The notes beneath the pieces were generated by a model that saw only the letters and a program-made list of their open reading frames with translations, was not told the origin of the DNA and did no database searches. Shown piece by piece: positions 37,264 through 46,005 of a DNA stretch of 64,000 nucleotides. Positions within the stretch are counted from its first letter, which is position 1. Every line of letters begins with the position of its first letter. The position numbers were made by a program, and so were the translations under genes. The DNA lies in IMG/VR virus record IMGVR_UViG_3300049460_000150, positions 1 through 64,000 of that record; one strand, 5' to 3'. The DNA is from a virus.

Positions 37264-37586
37264 GCGTCAAGACCGTAACAACCTCCGACCTCGAAGCTCG
37301 CATCCAAGAGCTGGAGGCCAAGGTCATGGATGACGACGAGCTGGAAGAGTTTCAAGCTCTCACCGATCTCCGCCACGACCTCGACTACTGCTGGCGTCAA
37401 CCAGCAACGCTAATCCGCGAGGCTGATTTCGTGGAATACGCCATGGAATTCCTGTACGAAGTCGGCGACCTCAAGAAAGGCGGCGTGGCCGACTCCTGCA
37501 TCGACCAAGACGAGGCAGCGCGCATTGTCGAACAGGACTACCGTTTGTGCGTCCACGACGGTGAAGATTATCTCGTGAGGGCCTAA
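37260..37586 (+). CDS. Acidic protein resembling ArdA-type antirestriction C-terminal domain
   Basis: Very Asp/Glu-rich; EYAMEFL...IDQDEAARIVEQDY...DGEDY pattern. Confidence 0.45.
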   Translation: MSVKTVTTSDLEARIQELEAKVMDDDELEEFQALTDLRHDLDYCWRQPATLIREADFVEYAMEFLYEVGDLKKGGVADSCIDQDEAARIVEQDYRLCVHDGEDYLVRA

Positions 37587-37588
37587 CC

Positions 37589-37978
37589 ATGGCACGCATC
37601 TCAAACAGCCTGTCTCCGGCGCGTAAAGGGGACAAGATCGTTATCGAAGTCGGAAGCGAGCGCTATTGGGGCAACACCATCGCGCTTGCCAAGGCCGACA
37701 TGAAGGAGCGCAACCGGGGCGTGGTCACGGCCCCATCTTTCAAGGTCTGGTCTTCCGGCACAAGCGCCCCGCCTATTCTGCTGCAAGAGAACGGGCAAAA
37801 GCAGCCGACATCGGCGCTGCCGCTGTCGGTGGTCTGTCCGCTGTGCAAAGCGGGCCTCGCCCGACCCTGTATCAATGACAAGGGTGTCGTACTGCTGGAC
37901 AAGCCACATAAAACACGCATTCTGCTGGCGCGTAAAATGCTGCTGGCACCATCGAAAAAACGGAGCAAGAAAAAATGA
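37589..37978 (+). CDS. Basic protein with C-terminal zinc finger
   Basis: CPLCKAGLARPC...PHKTR. Confidence 0.6.
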   Translation: MARISNSLSPARKGDKIVIEVGSERYWGNTIALAKADMKERNRGVVTAPSFKVWSSGTSAPPILLQENGQKQPTSALPLSVVCPLCKAGLARPCINDKGVVLLDKPHKTRILLARKMLLAPSKKRSKKK

Positions 37979-38664
37979 AAACCTCTCTCTACATCTGCGA
38001 GAAAGTCCACCGCGACTATCGCCCCATCGGCCCGTATTACCCACCCGTTACAGAGGTGGAGGACTACGAAAACACCGTCAGCATCCGCGCTGCCATGAAG
38101 GGCGCGGGACCGTACAAGACATGCACCTATCAAGGCCCTCTGTCAGCCTGGAAGGGCAAGACAGCGCTCACCGTCCCGCTGGTCGCGGTGCAATTCGATG
38201 ACCAGGGCCAGTACATGGCCTACGGCTGGCACCTGTTCAATGCCAACGACTGGAAGGTCCCGGAAACGAGACCTCTTTTCCAGGCGTTTGCCAGCGCCGT
38301 CGTGGCGCTTGCCAACTGCATCAAGAACGGCAATCAAGAATGGTATCGCATTTGGAACGATTGCCTCGACGGCTGGTGCAAGAACTACATGCCGAGCGGT
38401 TCTGGCTTCGACAACGGCACGCAAATCGACCTGGAAGCGTCAGGCGAACACAAGCTGGTCTTCAACGTACACTACCACCACATGGACGAGCATGGTTGCT
38501 ACGACGGCTGGACCGAGCATCAGGTGATCGTGACGCCAAGCCTTTTGTTCGGCTTTACGCTGCGCATCACCGGCCCGAACCGCAACGAGATCAAGGACTT
38601 CATCTCGGACACCTTCCATATCGCACTTTCCCAACAGGTGAATCCACACGAGTACAAGCCATGA
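37975..38664 (+). CDS. Hypothetical protein, possibly a two-gene fusion
   Basis: A palindrome copy at 38256 is read in frame (KVPETRP) mid-gene. Confidence 0.65.
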   Translation: MKTSLYICEKVHRDYRPIGPYYPPVTEVEDYENTVSIRAAMKGAGPYKTCTYQGPLSAWKGKTALTVPLVAVQFDDQGQYMAYGWHLFNANDWKVPETRPLFQAFASAVVALANCIKNGNQEWYRIWNDCLDGWCKNYMPSGSGFDNGTQIDLEASGEHKLVFNVHYHHMDEHGCYDGWTEHQVIVTPSLLFGFTLRITGPNRNEIKDFISDTFHIALSQQVNPHEYKP

Positions 38665-39032
38665 ACCAGCAACGTTTCCCATCGGTGGTGAAACTGATGG
38701 AAGTCTTCAACGACGAAGCCACGGCACTCATGGCGCGAAAGGTGATGGAAATGTCGCGGGGCGAACTGCTGCGCACTGATGCAGGACGTTTCCGTGCCAA
38801 CGAGTGCCTTAATCCCCCGCCGCTGAATGATCTCCGTATGTACGTTATGAACAGCCTTGACCCTGGCCTGTTCGGTATCGAAACTGAGGAAATCAAGAGC
38901 GAGTATTTCGACTACCTCAATGCCGGGGATGCGTATAACCCGACGGTCATCCTGTGGCGCGGAAAGTTTCGCGTCCAGGATGTGGCAACTTTCCGCGAAC
39001 GAAATGAAAGGCTGGTGCGCAATGAAAACTAG
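38661..39032 (+). CDS. Hypothetical protein
   Basis: ATGA overlap; YLNAGDAYNPTV motif. Confidence 0.65.
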   Translation: MNQQRFPSVVKLMEVFNDEATALMARKVMEMSRGELLRTDAGRFRANECLNPPPLNDLRMYVMNSLDPGLFGIETEEIKSEYFDYLNAGDAYNPTVILWRGKFRVQDVATFRERNERLVRNEN

Positions 39033-39384
39033 CCACCAAAGCGGCAAGGCTATGCTTAGTGTAGAGAGGGATGGTGACGATCTGTACGCCAGCGCTTTCG
39101 CCCTCACTGGTTTGCATACAGAAGCCGCGCATTGTTGGTTTGGTGATGCCGTCTCTGATCTAGCCGTTTTCCACGACTGGATTCCGGCACAGTGCTTTCG
39201 TATGAAGGAGGGGGACAAGATGATCTTCAAGGTCAACTTTGAACAGACCTACTACCAAGGGGATGGTTACACCAGTGACGACGATGAACTTTTGGTGTTC
39301 ACCAAGGCGGTGAAGTTGTATCACAAGCGCGGGGCCAAAGCGTCCCGTAAATCGCTCAAGAAATATTACAGGAGTGCGCAATGA
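39022..39384 (+). CDS. Hypothetical protein
   Basis: Overlapping operon arrangement. Confidence 0.55.
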   Translation: MKTSHQSGKAMLSVERDGDDLYASAFALTGLHTEAAHCWFGDAVSDLAVFHDWIPAQCFRMKEGDKMIFKVNFEQTYYQGDGYTSDDDELLVFTKAVKLYHKRGAKASRKSLKKYYRSAQ

Positions 39385-39836
39385 ATCCTAAATACCAAAG
39401 GGGGCCTGACGGCAACTGCATCCCCGGCGATGCCGTCACGTATGCAGCGTATGGTCCCATCCCCGAAGCTTACGCTTTCCAAAACGAGGTGGGCGGCGTC
39501 GAAGTTCCCGCCATCGTCCACCACTGGGGCTGGTCCACGACCTTTGGCCGCTGGGGCGCTGTGGTCACGTTCAAGAGCGGATGGCATGGCTTTACGTGGC
39601 CTTTCATCCGCCTGGGCGAATTCCCTTTCCAGACTGTGGAAGTGGAACCATTCCCAGGCTTAACCTTGACCATTTACGGTCGCGTCAAGGCCGTCACCCA
39701 GCCGGAGAAACTTCAGCAGGGTTACTACGTCGCCAAAGGCGGCATACCGATCCCTCGCTCGGAGCTGTACCGCGACGAGCGCGATGCCATCGAAAAAATC
39801 CTGCATGAAAGGTATCCCGAACATGCCAACCTTTAG
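39381..39836 (+). CDS. Hypothetical protein
   Basis: AGGAG RBS; ATGA overlap. Confidence 0.65.
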   Translation: MNPKYQRGPDGNCIPGDAVTYAAYGPIPEAYAFQNEVGGVEVPAIVHHWGWSTTFGRWGAVVTFKSGWHGFTWPFIRLGEFPFQTVEVEPFPGLTLTIYGRVKAVTQPEKLQQGYYVAKGGIPIPRSELYRDERDAIEKILHERYPEHANL

Positions 39837-40032
39837 CACAGGCAGATCGCCACCGCTCGTATCGCATGTCTTTGGACAGCCAAGGCAGCGCTACATCCAA
39901 TGCCCTCATTGCTGTGAGCAAGTCTTTCTTCCAGCGGGGGCGTTTCGCGGCCAACAATTTACGCACACCGATGGGAAATGCGGCGGCGTTTTTGAGGTCT
40001 ACTGGAACGCTAAAATTTGCGTTCGAACCTGA
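39823..40032 (+). CDS. Small Cys-rich (Zn-ribbon-like) protein
   Basis: CPHCC...CGGVF. Confidence 0.5.
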   Translation: MPTFSTGRSPPLVSHVFGQPRQRYIQCPHCCEQVFLPAGAFRGQQFTHTDGKCGGVFEVYWNAKICVRT

Positions 40033-40043
40033 AAGGAAACGCC

Positions 40044-40229
40044 ATGGACATCATCCGCCATTACGGAATGACCCGCGAAGAGTTTGCCAGCAAGCTTGGC
40101 AAGCATCCGTCCTGCTTTGAAAATTTCTTACGGCCTTTGTGCAATAACGGCAGCTATCACGCTTACACCACGCGGGATAAAGCGCTTGTCAATTGCCCAG
40201 AATGCCTAAAACGTTTGAAGGGGAAGTGA
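40044..40229 (+). CDS. Small Cys-rich protein
   Basis: AAGGA RBS; VNCPECLKRL. Confidence 0.6.
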   Translation: MDIIRHYGMTREEFASKLGKHPSCFENFLRPLCNNGSYHAYTTRDKALVNCPECLKRLKGK

Positions 40230-40230
40230 A

Positions 40231-40551
40231 ATGAAAGCAGTCGTAGAATTTGGCCGACCACAATCGGCCCTCCCCGCTGGCGCACCGTGCGGCGTTTCAG
40301 GCCATCAGACTTGCGAATCACTGGCGGCGGCTAACCACCTCGCCCTGCATTTGCGCCATGTGCTGGGGAATCGGCAGCATGAGTACCACGGCCCCGATGA
40401 CTTTCTCGTGTCGCGGGATAACCCGCGCATTGTGTGGTGGGCCAATGACCATTCCTGCTGGGTGGCAGTGACGATTTTCAAGCCTAATTACGAACCTGGA
40501 CCTTACGCGGCCCAGGCCGACAAATTTGCCAAAATAGCGAAGGAGCTGTAA
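40231..40551 (+). CDS. Hypothetical protein
   Basis: GGGGA RBS; coupled to the next ORF. Confidence 0.6.
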   Translation: MKAVVEFGRPQSALPAGAPCGVSGHQTCESLAAANHLALHLRHVLGNRQHEYHGPDDFLVSRDNPRIVWWANDHSCWVAVTIFKPNYEPGPYAAQADKFAKIAKEL

Positions 40552-41135
40552 TGCGCAACGTACCAACACCAATCCAGTATCAGGCGCTCATTGATTATGC
40601 CGCCGCTAACGGTTTCTACTGGAAGCACAAACTCAGCACGGCGTGGATGAACGGCACCGACACGCCTTTGCTGCGCCAAATACGCAACGAATTCGGACCC
40701 GGCTGGCTCACGAAATTCAAGCTGCGCACCTACCGCCTGGAACAGATTTCGGAAGTGGCGAAACACTACATCCTTGCCGCCATCTGGGCCGACGCGCCGG
40801 AAGGCACGCAACCTCGCGCCTCGCAAGAGACCCAGGAGGAAGCCTTTCGCCAGTGCGCAAAGTTCATCATGGAATGCGGCCCTCTGTTCGACGCTGCCAT
40901 GGCGCGTTTCGAACGTGGCTACGGCACGCATCCAGACGCGGGCAGTGCAGAGGCCGCTTTCGGCCACGACTTCTGGCTGACGCGGCAAGGCCATGGGGTT
41001 GGCTTCTGGGACCGCAAGGAACTGGGCAAGGAACTGGGACAAGCTTTGACCGACGCGGCCCATGCAAGGCGCGAGGCCAATTACGAGTTCTACCGTGGCT
41101 GGTTCTACTTGAGGGCTGATTATGAAGCCCGGTGA
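40551..41135 (+). CDS. Hypothetical protein
   Basis: AAGGAG RBS; GHDFWLTRQGHGVGFWDR motif, familiar from other phage hypothetical proteins. Confidence 0.75.
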   Translation: MRNVPTPIQYQALIDYAAANGFYWKHKLSTAWMNGTDTPLLRQIRNEFGPGWLTKFKLRTYRLEQISEVAKHYILAAIWADAPEGTQPRASQETQEEAFRQCAKFIMECGPLFDAAMARFERGYGTHPDAGSAEAAFGHDFWLTRQGHGVGFWDRKELGKELGQALTDAAHARREANYEFYRGWFYLRADYEAR

Positions 41136-41313
41136 TACCATCACGTTCCGCCATTACGGCGTCGAAAAGACTGAGACCATCGGGCGCATCAGTCCTGATG
41201 GCACAATCGTCTACACGACGATGTGCCGCTGGCTGCACAAGGAAAGCATTTTGTCCGTCAACAACGTTCCCGTTTCCGGGACCTCAACCAAGGAGAAGAA
41301 AGATGAAATTTGA
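41122..41313 (+). CDS. Hypothetical protein
   Basis: GAGG RBS; ends across a palindrome copy. Confidence 0.55.
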   Translation: MKPGDTITFRHYGVEKTETIGRISPDGTIVYTTMCRWLHKESILSVNNVPVSGTSTKEKKDEI

Positions 41314-41821
41314 TCCAAAATATCCGGCGCGCACCAAGGGCGGCGAGACTGTCGCTTTCCTTACCACGGAATCGCGTGATCCAAAGTTCCCGTACATCGG
41401 CTACGTCGGCGATGAGGACACGCTGACCAAATGGGACAAGGATGGCGCACCACAATATGGGTCCACCTACGACAACGGCTCGCTGGAAAACATCCCGTTT
41501 GAAGGCGTGGTTTACATCGCCATTTACTCTGACGGGAAACGCACCGGGACCTACACGCACTTGATCCCACGAGGCATCCCAAACGTAAGCGAAATGCACC
41601 TCCCGTTGGTGTCCGTCCTCCGCCTACCCTATTCGGTCATGCCTGGAGTGCAGGACCATATCACAACCCTGCTGGCGGAAGCGGAGGCGCTGAAAGAGGA
41701 AATGGCCGCGCTGCCAACACTTGGCGGCATCGTTGACGAATTCGCGGACATCAAACCGCCGAAACCACCCGAAGGTCCGTCGCCGATCCATGACCCGTGG
41801 GGTCTCGGAAAAATGCCGTGA
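41303..41821 (+). CDS. Hypothetical protein
   Basis: AAGGAG RBS before ATG 41303. Confidence 0.65.
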   Translation: MKFDPKYPARTKGGETVAFLTTESRDPKFPYIGYVGDEDTLTKWDKDGAPQYGSTYDNGSLENIPFEGVVYIAIYSDGKRTGTYTHLIPRGIPNVSEMHLPLVSVLRLPYSVMPGVQDHITTLLAEAEALKEEMAALPTLGGIVDEFADIKPPKPPEGPSPIHDPWGLGKMP

Positions 41822-41922
41822 AAAAGTTGAGCATGGACGCCCTCACGAACTGGGGCGATCCCGCCGTGCGCAAACAGTTCGTTCCACCTCCACCACCTCC
41901 CAAACCTCCGAAGGAGTATCAA

Positions 41923-42744
41923 ATGTCCCAGCTCGCCGAACAGCAAGAAGTTGTTCAACAACTCAACCAGATCATCCGCATTTTCAAGAACTCTAAGGGC
42001 GCGATTCGCCCGCACTTCATGATGACCGGCCCCAGCGGTTCCGGTAAGTCCTTCCTGACCGAAGAACTGGCCGATGAACACGATCTGGCCTTCCTGGAAA
42101 TCAACGCGGCCCAGCTCACCAAGGAAGGCACGGCTGGCAACAGCCTGTCCAAAGCGCTGACGCCACTGACCGGCAAGAGCGCCCAGTTGACGCTGTGCTT
42201 TGTCGATGAATTCGACAAGCTGTTCATCAGCGGTAACACGAACTCCCAGCTCGCCCACGAGACCACCAACGGCGTGCAAAACGAGTTCCTGAAAGTGCTG
42301 GAATCGAAGACCACCTCGGTGTATGGCGAGTACGGAAAATACCATGACGTGAACGTGAACAACGTGTTGTTCGTGTTCGCCGGGGCCTTCAACGGCGAAG
42401 AAGACTTGACGATCGATCGCCTCCGCGACTTCGGCATCAAGACCGAATTCCTGGGCCGCGTCGGTCTGGTCTACAACCTGAAAAAGCTGTCGCTGGAATC
42501 GATGCGCGCTGCGCTCGAAAACAGCCCTTTGCTCGCCCGCTACCTGGGCTTGTTCCAGAAGGCGCAGAAGGCCGATGTAGTGGCCGCGCTGATGCCTTAC
42601 ATCGCCAAGCACTTCGACAAGAACACGCTGGGCATCCGCATCATCAACACGCTGCTGCACCAGTATTTCATCAACGGCGGCAAGCTGCCGGTGCTGGCAA
42701 CGGAGAACCTGGCCTTCCAGACTTCCATGGAACTGGCCTCGTAG
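41923..42744 (+). CDS. ClpX/HslU-like AAA+ ATPase (minimal)
   Basis: GPSGSGKS, FVDEFDK, GVQNEFLKVLE, NVLFVFAGAF and FGIKTEFLGR match ClpX-family motifs; AAGGAG RBS before ATG 41923. Confidence 0.85.
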   Translation: MSQLAEQQEVVQQLNQIIRIFKNSKGAIRPHFMMTGPSGSGKSFLTEELADEHDLAFLEINAAQLTKEGTAGNSLSKALTPLTGKSAQLTLCFVDEFDKLFISGNTNSQLAHETTNGVQNEFLKVLESKTTSVYGEYGKYHDVNVNNVLFVFAGAFNGEEDLTIDRLRDFGIKTEFLGRVGLVYNLKKLSLESMRAALENSPLLARYLGLFQKAQKADVVAALMPYIAKHFDKNTLGIRIINTLLHQYFINGGKLPVLATENLAFQTSMELAS

Positions 42745-42783
42745 GGTCCCGGAAACGGGACCCTCTAATATAAGGGGAATTTT

Positions 42784-42996
42784 ATGAAGACCACACAAGA
42801 CGGATTCCACACGATGCGCGGCCACGTCGCGGATGGTTGTGAGATTGCGATGGCTAACGGCGACACGCTGACGCTCAAGGCCGTCATCAACGGCTGGCAA
42901 CTGGTCGATCAAACCGGGCGCAATTTCGGCCTCGCCACCAACTCGGCGCACGTCATCGCGTGCCTGGTATTTGCCCATCCTTCGGAGGACATCTAA
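42784..42996 (+). CDS. Hypothetical protein
   Basis: AAGGGG RBS after a palindrome copy. Confidence 0.65.
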   Translation: MKTTQDGFHTMRGHVADGCEIAMANGDTLTLKAVINGWQLVDQTGRNFGLATNSAHVIACLVFAHPSEDI

Positions 42997-43292
42997 TGCT
43001 CACCACACCACGCAATCGCCTGCTGACGCATGGGCGCAGCTCCAAGACGTACATGGCCTGCATGGACACGCTGTACGAAACCGCCGACGCCGAACTCAAT
43101 TCGGACGAGACCGTTCACGATGAGTTCCACCGGCTGCGGGCGAAGTACAGGACTTTTACTAAATCGTTTATACGGTTTATACGGCCAAAGGTTTTGGCTA
43201 TCAACAGCCGCGACAAGCTGGGCATTTTCGAGGAACAAGTCACGACTGTTTGCGAGCAAATTTACAAGGACTGGGAGAGGGTCACACCATGA
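42996..43292 (+). CDS. Hypothetical protein
   Basis: GGAGG RBS; TAATG coupling. Confidence 0.65.
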   Translation: MLTTPRNRLLTHGRSSKTYMACMDTLYETADAELNSDETVHDEFHRLRAKYRTFTKSFIRFIRPKVLAINSRDKLGIFEEQVTTVCEQIYKDWERVTP

Positions 43293-43798
43293 AGCCAGCT
43301 AAGACCAAGCGCGACGAGTTTTTCAAGGACCTGTCGGCGCAAAAGCGCGTGGATAACGGGACGATCCGCGCCCTCAAAATCTACTTCAACAATCGCCAGC
43401 ACTCACCCAATAAGGAGCGCTACGAGCGCTTGAACCTGCTGCCCACGCTCGGCCCATATCGCCTGGAGATGCAGTGCGAGGCCGACTACATGCACCTGTT
43501 GACCAAAGCGTGTTACATCAACCCAGACTCCAAACATGAGGTATGGCGCAACACGGAATTCACGCGCTTCTTCGGCACCCAGCAACGCAACATCATGAAC
43601 GACCGCCACAGCCTGTATCTGGTGGACTTCCAAGACGAGCAAACGGACGGCAGCGCCAAGTGGGAACGGCGCAACCATCCAGACTGCGAAGCAGGCTTCT
43701 TTGTTCCCATTTATGAGATGCGTGACAGCAGTGGCAATTCGTTCCAATTTATCATCCGCTCGTGGCAGCAGGGCGGCGACCGTATCACCATCGTTTAA
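43289..43798 (+). CDS. Hypothetical protein
   Basis: ATGA overlap; GAGG RBS. Confidence 0.65.
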   Translation: MKPAKTKRDEFFKDLSAQKRVDNGTIRALKIYFNNRQHSPNKERYERLNLLPTLGPYRLEMQCEADYMHLLTKACYINPDSKHEVWRNTEFTRFFGTQQRNIMNDRHSLYLVDFQDEQTDGSAKWERRNHPDCEAGFFVPIYEMRDSSGNSFQFIIRSWQQGGDRITIV

Positions 43799-43810
43799 GG
43801 AGCCTCAAAA

Positions 43811-44125
43811 ATGAAAGCCAAAATGTTTGCATACCTGACGCAACAGGACATGCACATCCTGTCGGCGGAAGACCTCAAGGACGTTGAGAAGGTTTCCAAG
43901 CGCGTCTACCTGTCATCGCACGACATGAGCGCCCAGGGTTGGGTGTTGGTCGGCCACGTTGAAGCCGACATCGAAATCCTGCCGCCTAACGCTGTGGTCG
44001 AAAACGCTGTGGTTGCGTTCCGCGCCAAGGCCACGGAAATCCGCGCCAAAGCGACGGCGGAATGCACCCAGCTCGAAGGGCTGGTCAACCAACTGCTTGC
44101 CATCGAAAATGGGGTGCAACCGTGA
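43811..44125 (+). CDS. Hypothetical protein
   Basis: AAGGAG RBS. Confidence 0.7.
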   Translation: MKAKMFAYLTQQDMHILSAEDLKDVEKVSKRVYLSSHDMSAQGWVLVGHVEADIEILPPNAVVENAVVAFRAKATEIRAKATAECTQLEGLVNQLLAIENGVQP

Positions 44126-44346
44126 AACAGATCGGCGAACCTAAAACCACCACGGCCCGCAACGGTTTGGGCCACGACGCAACCAGCACGCGGACGAACT
44201 ACGTGATCGAAAAAAGCGATGTCGGCATGACGCGGGAAAACTACCGTGGCAAAGGGCATTCGCAATACACGTTCGAAGGCTCGGACGTGGGCAAGGAAAT
44301 CGCAGTCTACACGGACGGCACCGGCTGGACGTGCTGGGTATTTTAA
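44122..44346 (+). CDS. Hypothetical protein
   Basis: GTGA overlap; stop directly abuts the last palindrome copy. Confidence 0.6.
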   Translation: MKQIGEPKTTTARNGLGHDATSTRTNYVIEKSDVGMTRENYRGKGHSQYTFEGSDVGKEIAVYTDGTGWTCWVF

Positions 44347-44383
44347 GGTCCCGTTTTCGGGACCTCTAACAACGGAGTGACAA

Positions 44384-44575
44384 ATGAAAATCAAGATTGA
44401 AATTGTGACCAAAGGCGCGGCCTTTGGCGATGACGAATTCGACGCGGCTACTGAGGTGATCCGCGTCATACAAAAGGATGTGGTCCGGCTGATCGACGGT
44501 GGGCTATCGAACCTGGACCACCGCCTGCTGGACCTCAACGGCAACACCTGTGGCTTCATCAAGGTGACGAAATGA
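44384..44575 (+). CDS. Hypothetical protein
   Basis: GGAGTGACAAATG start; LLDLNGNTCG motif. Confidence 0.7.
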   Translation: MKIKIEIVTKGAAFGDDEFDAATEVIRVIQKDVVRLIDGGLSNLDHRLLDLNGNTCGFIKVTK

Positions 44576-44826
44576 GCGCCATCCGCACCTTCCTGTGGCG
44601 GCACGCTCAAGACTCCAAATCCCTTGACCGCACCGTATGGATATGGGAGATGAAGGAAGACGGCCCACGCCCAATCGTAATGGACTATCTCTTTCGCTAC
44701 CAGGACCCGCTGCGTAAGGTAAAGGAAATCCTCGCCAGCCACGGTGTCTTGGCCCCACCTGTCAACAAGCCAAGCGGGGCCAGTGTTTTCGAACCCAATC
44801 CTAACGTAAGGATTTTCGAATTATGA
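44572..44826 (+). CDS. Hypothetical protein
   Basis: ATGA overlaps at both ends. Confidence 0.6.
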   Translation: MSAIRTFLWRHAQDSKSLDRTVWIWEMKEDGPRPIVMDYLFRYQDPLRKVKEILASHGVLAPPVNKPSGASVFEPNPNVRIFEL

Positions 44827-45068
44827 CTACTAAATTTGAGATCATCGACCGCAGCCTGGGCCGCGTCTATTTTCTGATGGATGACGGCGTATGGATTCAA
44901 TGCTATTTGCATGAAAATACGCTGTGGGAAAAACGCTTCACTGTCGTGGAGCAACCGTGCCGTGCGGAGTGCGTGCTTTCGCACTTCGACACGTTGGAAG
45001 AAGCCCAGCCGGTGTACGACGCCGCCGTGGCCCGCACCAAGGCCCTTATTTTGGAGGCACTAAAATGA
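44823..45068 (+). CDS. Hypothetical protein
   Basis: AAGGA RBS; ATGA overlap. Confidence 0.6.
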   Translation: MTTKFEIIDRSLGRVYFLMDDGVWIQCYLHENTLWEKRFTVVEQPCRAECVLSHFDTLEEAQPVYDAAVARTKALILEALK

Positions 45069-45526
45069 AGATCAAGAACCAAGTAAAGACCGTCAAAGAG
45101 ACGAACAGCGCCAAGAACATTTCGTGCTATCTCGTGGTCAATAAAAAGGGCGCGGAAGTTGCAACGATCCACTGCTACCACAGCGCCACCATCCACGGCT
45201 TTGTGGTGCGAGTCGATGTCTACCAGCCGATAAAGGATGGTTTCGCGCAATACCGTGGCCGTTCCATCGCCAACGCCTTGCACGGCGGCGAGATCGCCGG
45301 AGTCAAGCTGTATGACGGAAGCGAGACCGACGCCGATTCCGAAAAGATGCTCGCGGAATACCGTGCTGGCAACAAGACGATGCAAGCCTATATTGTGCAG
45401 CAAGCCGTGTCCCAAGGGATGTGCTTCACCAACACTGACGGCGACAATCTCTTCACGGGCCTGTATTACATGGAGGGCCTGGAGCGTCTGCATTCCTTTG
45501 GTTACATCGTCCATCGTGTGCTGTAA
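45065..45526 (+). CDS. Hypothetical protein
   Basis: GGAGG RBS before ATG 45065. Confidence 0.65.
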   Translation: MKIKNQVKTVKETNSAKNISCYLVVNKKGAEVATIHCYHSATIHGFVVRVDVYQPIKDGFAQYRGRSIANALHGGEIAGVKLYDGSETDADSEKMLAEYRAGNKTMQAYIVQQAVSQGMCFTNTDGDNLFTGLYYMEGLERLHSFGYIVHRVL

Positions 45527-45556
45527 AATGTAGGTTCCAACAACAAGGGAGCTTGC

Positions 45557-45775
45557 ATGAGAATCGAAGACGCCTACGCGGCCAACGGCGAAGCCATTTG
45601 GCACTATTTCAAAGACCCAAAGGCCCGCCCTTGCCCGCGTGGGATCAAGGTACAACTTCTAACCCGTGGCTTCACCACGGTTACGGGGGAATACACGAAC
45701 GAGGTGGACTACCACGCTTGGGCACCTGTCATTAAGAGGGACAAGGCCCTGGAAGAACGTTTAGGAATTTCGTGA
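45557..45775 (+). CDS. Hypothetical protein
   Basis: GGGAG RBS. Confidence 0.6.
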   Translation: MRIEDAYAANGEAIWHYFKDPKARPCPRGIKVQLLTRGFTTVTGEYTNEVDYHAWAPVIKRDKALEERLGIS

Positions 45776-45969
45776 TGAGTCATGAACATAAAAAGGCGTG
45801 CGAACGCATCGCTACGTTGTGTTCGAAGTCTACCCAGCCGACCAAGCGCATCGAACAGATTTTCGATGTCGCTTTGGAAGCGCTGGGTATGACGGCGAAT
45901 CAACGCGAATTTGAAATACGCACCATGCGGCAAACTGCGCTGCAACGCAAGCGCAACCGAGCATCATAA
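45772..45969 (+). CDS. Hypothetical protein
   Basis: Coupled ORF followed by a terminator. Confidence 0.6.
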   Translation: MMSHEHKKACERIATLCSKSTQPTKRIEQIFDVALEALGMTANQREFEIRTMRQTALQRKRNRAS

Positions 45970-45973
45970 CCAC

Positions 45974-45992
45974 GCCCCGAAAGGGGCTTTTT
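45974..45992 (+). terminator. Intrinsic terminator
   Basis: GCCCC-GAAA-GGGGC-TTTTT. Confidence 0.7.
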
Positions 45993-46005
45993 AACGGAGT
46001 GACAA

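Larger units (their letters stand above)
27665..44364. repeat. Dispersed 18-bp palindrome family GGTCCCG-N4-CGGGACC, 20 copies
   Basis: Starts at 27665, 28209, 28563, 28599, 28754, 29040, 29299, 29868, 30649, 31698, 32294, 33288, 35017, 35246, 36444, 37008, 38256, 41266, 42745, 44347. Ten copies are exactly GGTCCCGGAAACGGGACC or its reverse complement. Confidence 0.95.

Noticed and set aside
27665-44364. Palindrome family as a CRISPR array
   Set aside because: Spacing is irregular (tens of bases to about 3 kb), orientation is mixed, the intervening DNA is whole genes, and there are no cas genes.
27665-44364. Palindrome family as intrinsic terminators, integron attC sites or REP/RAYT elements
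   Set aside because: There are no U-tracts, no RYYYAAC/GTTRRRY ends and no integrase. GTAG directly precedes only two copies (28558, 42741; one includes a stop codon), and no RAYT gene was seen.
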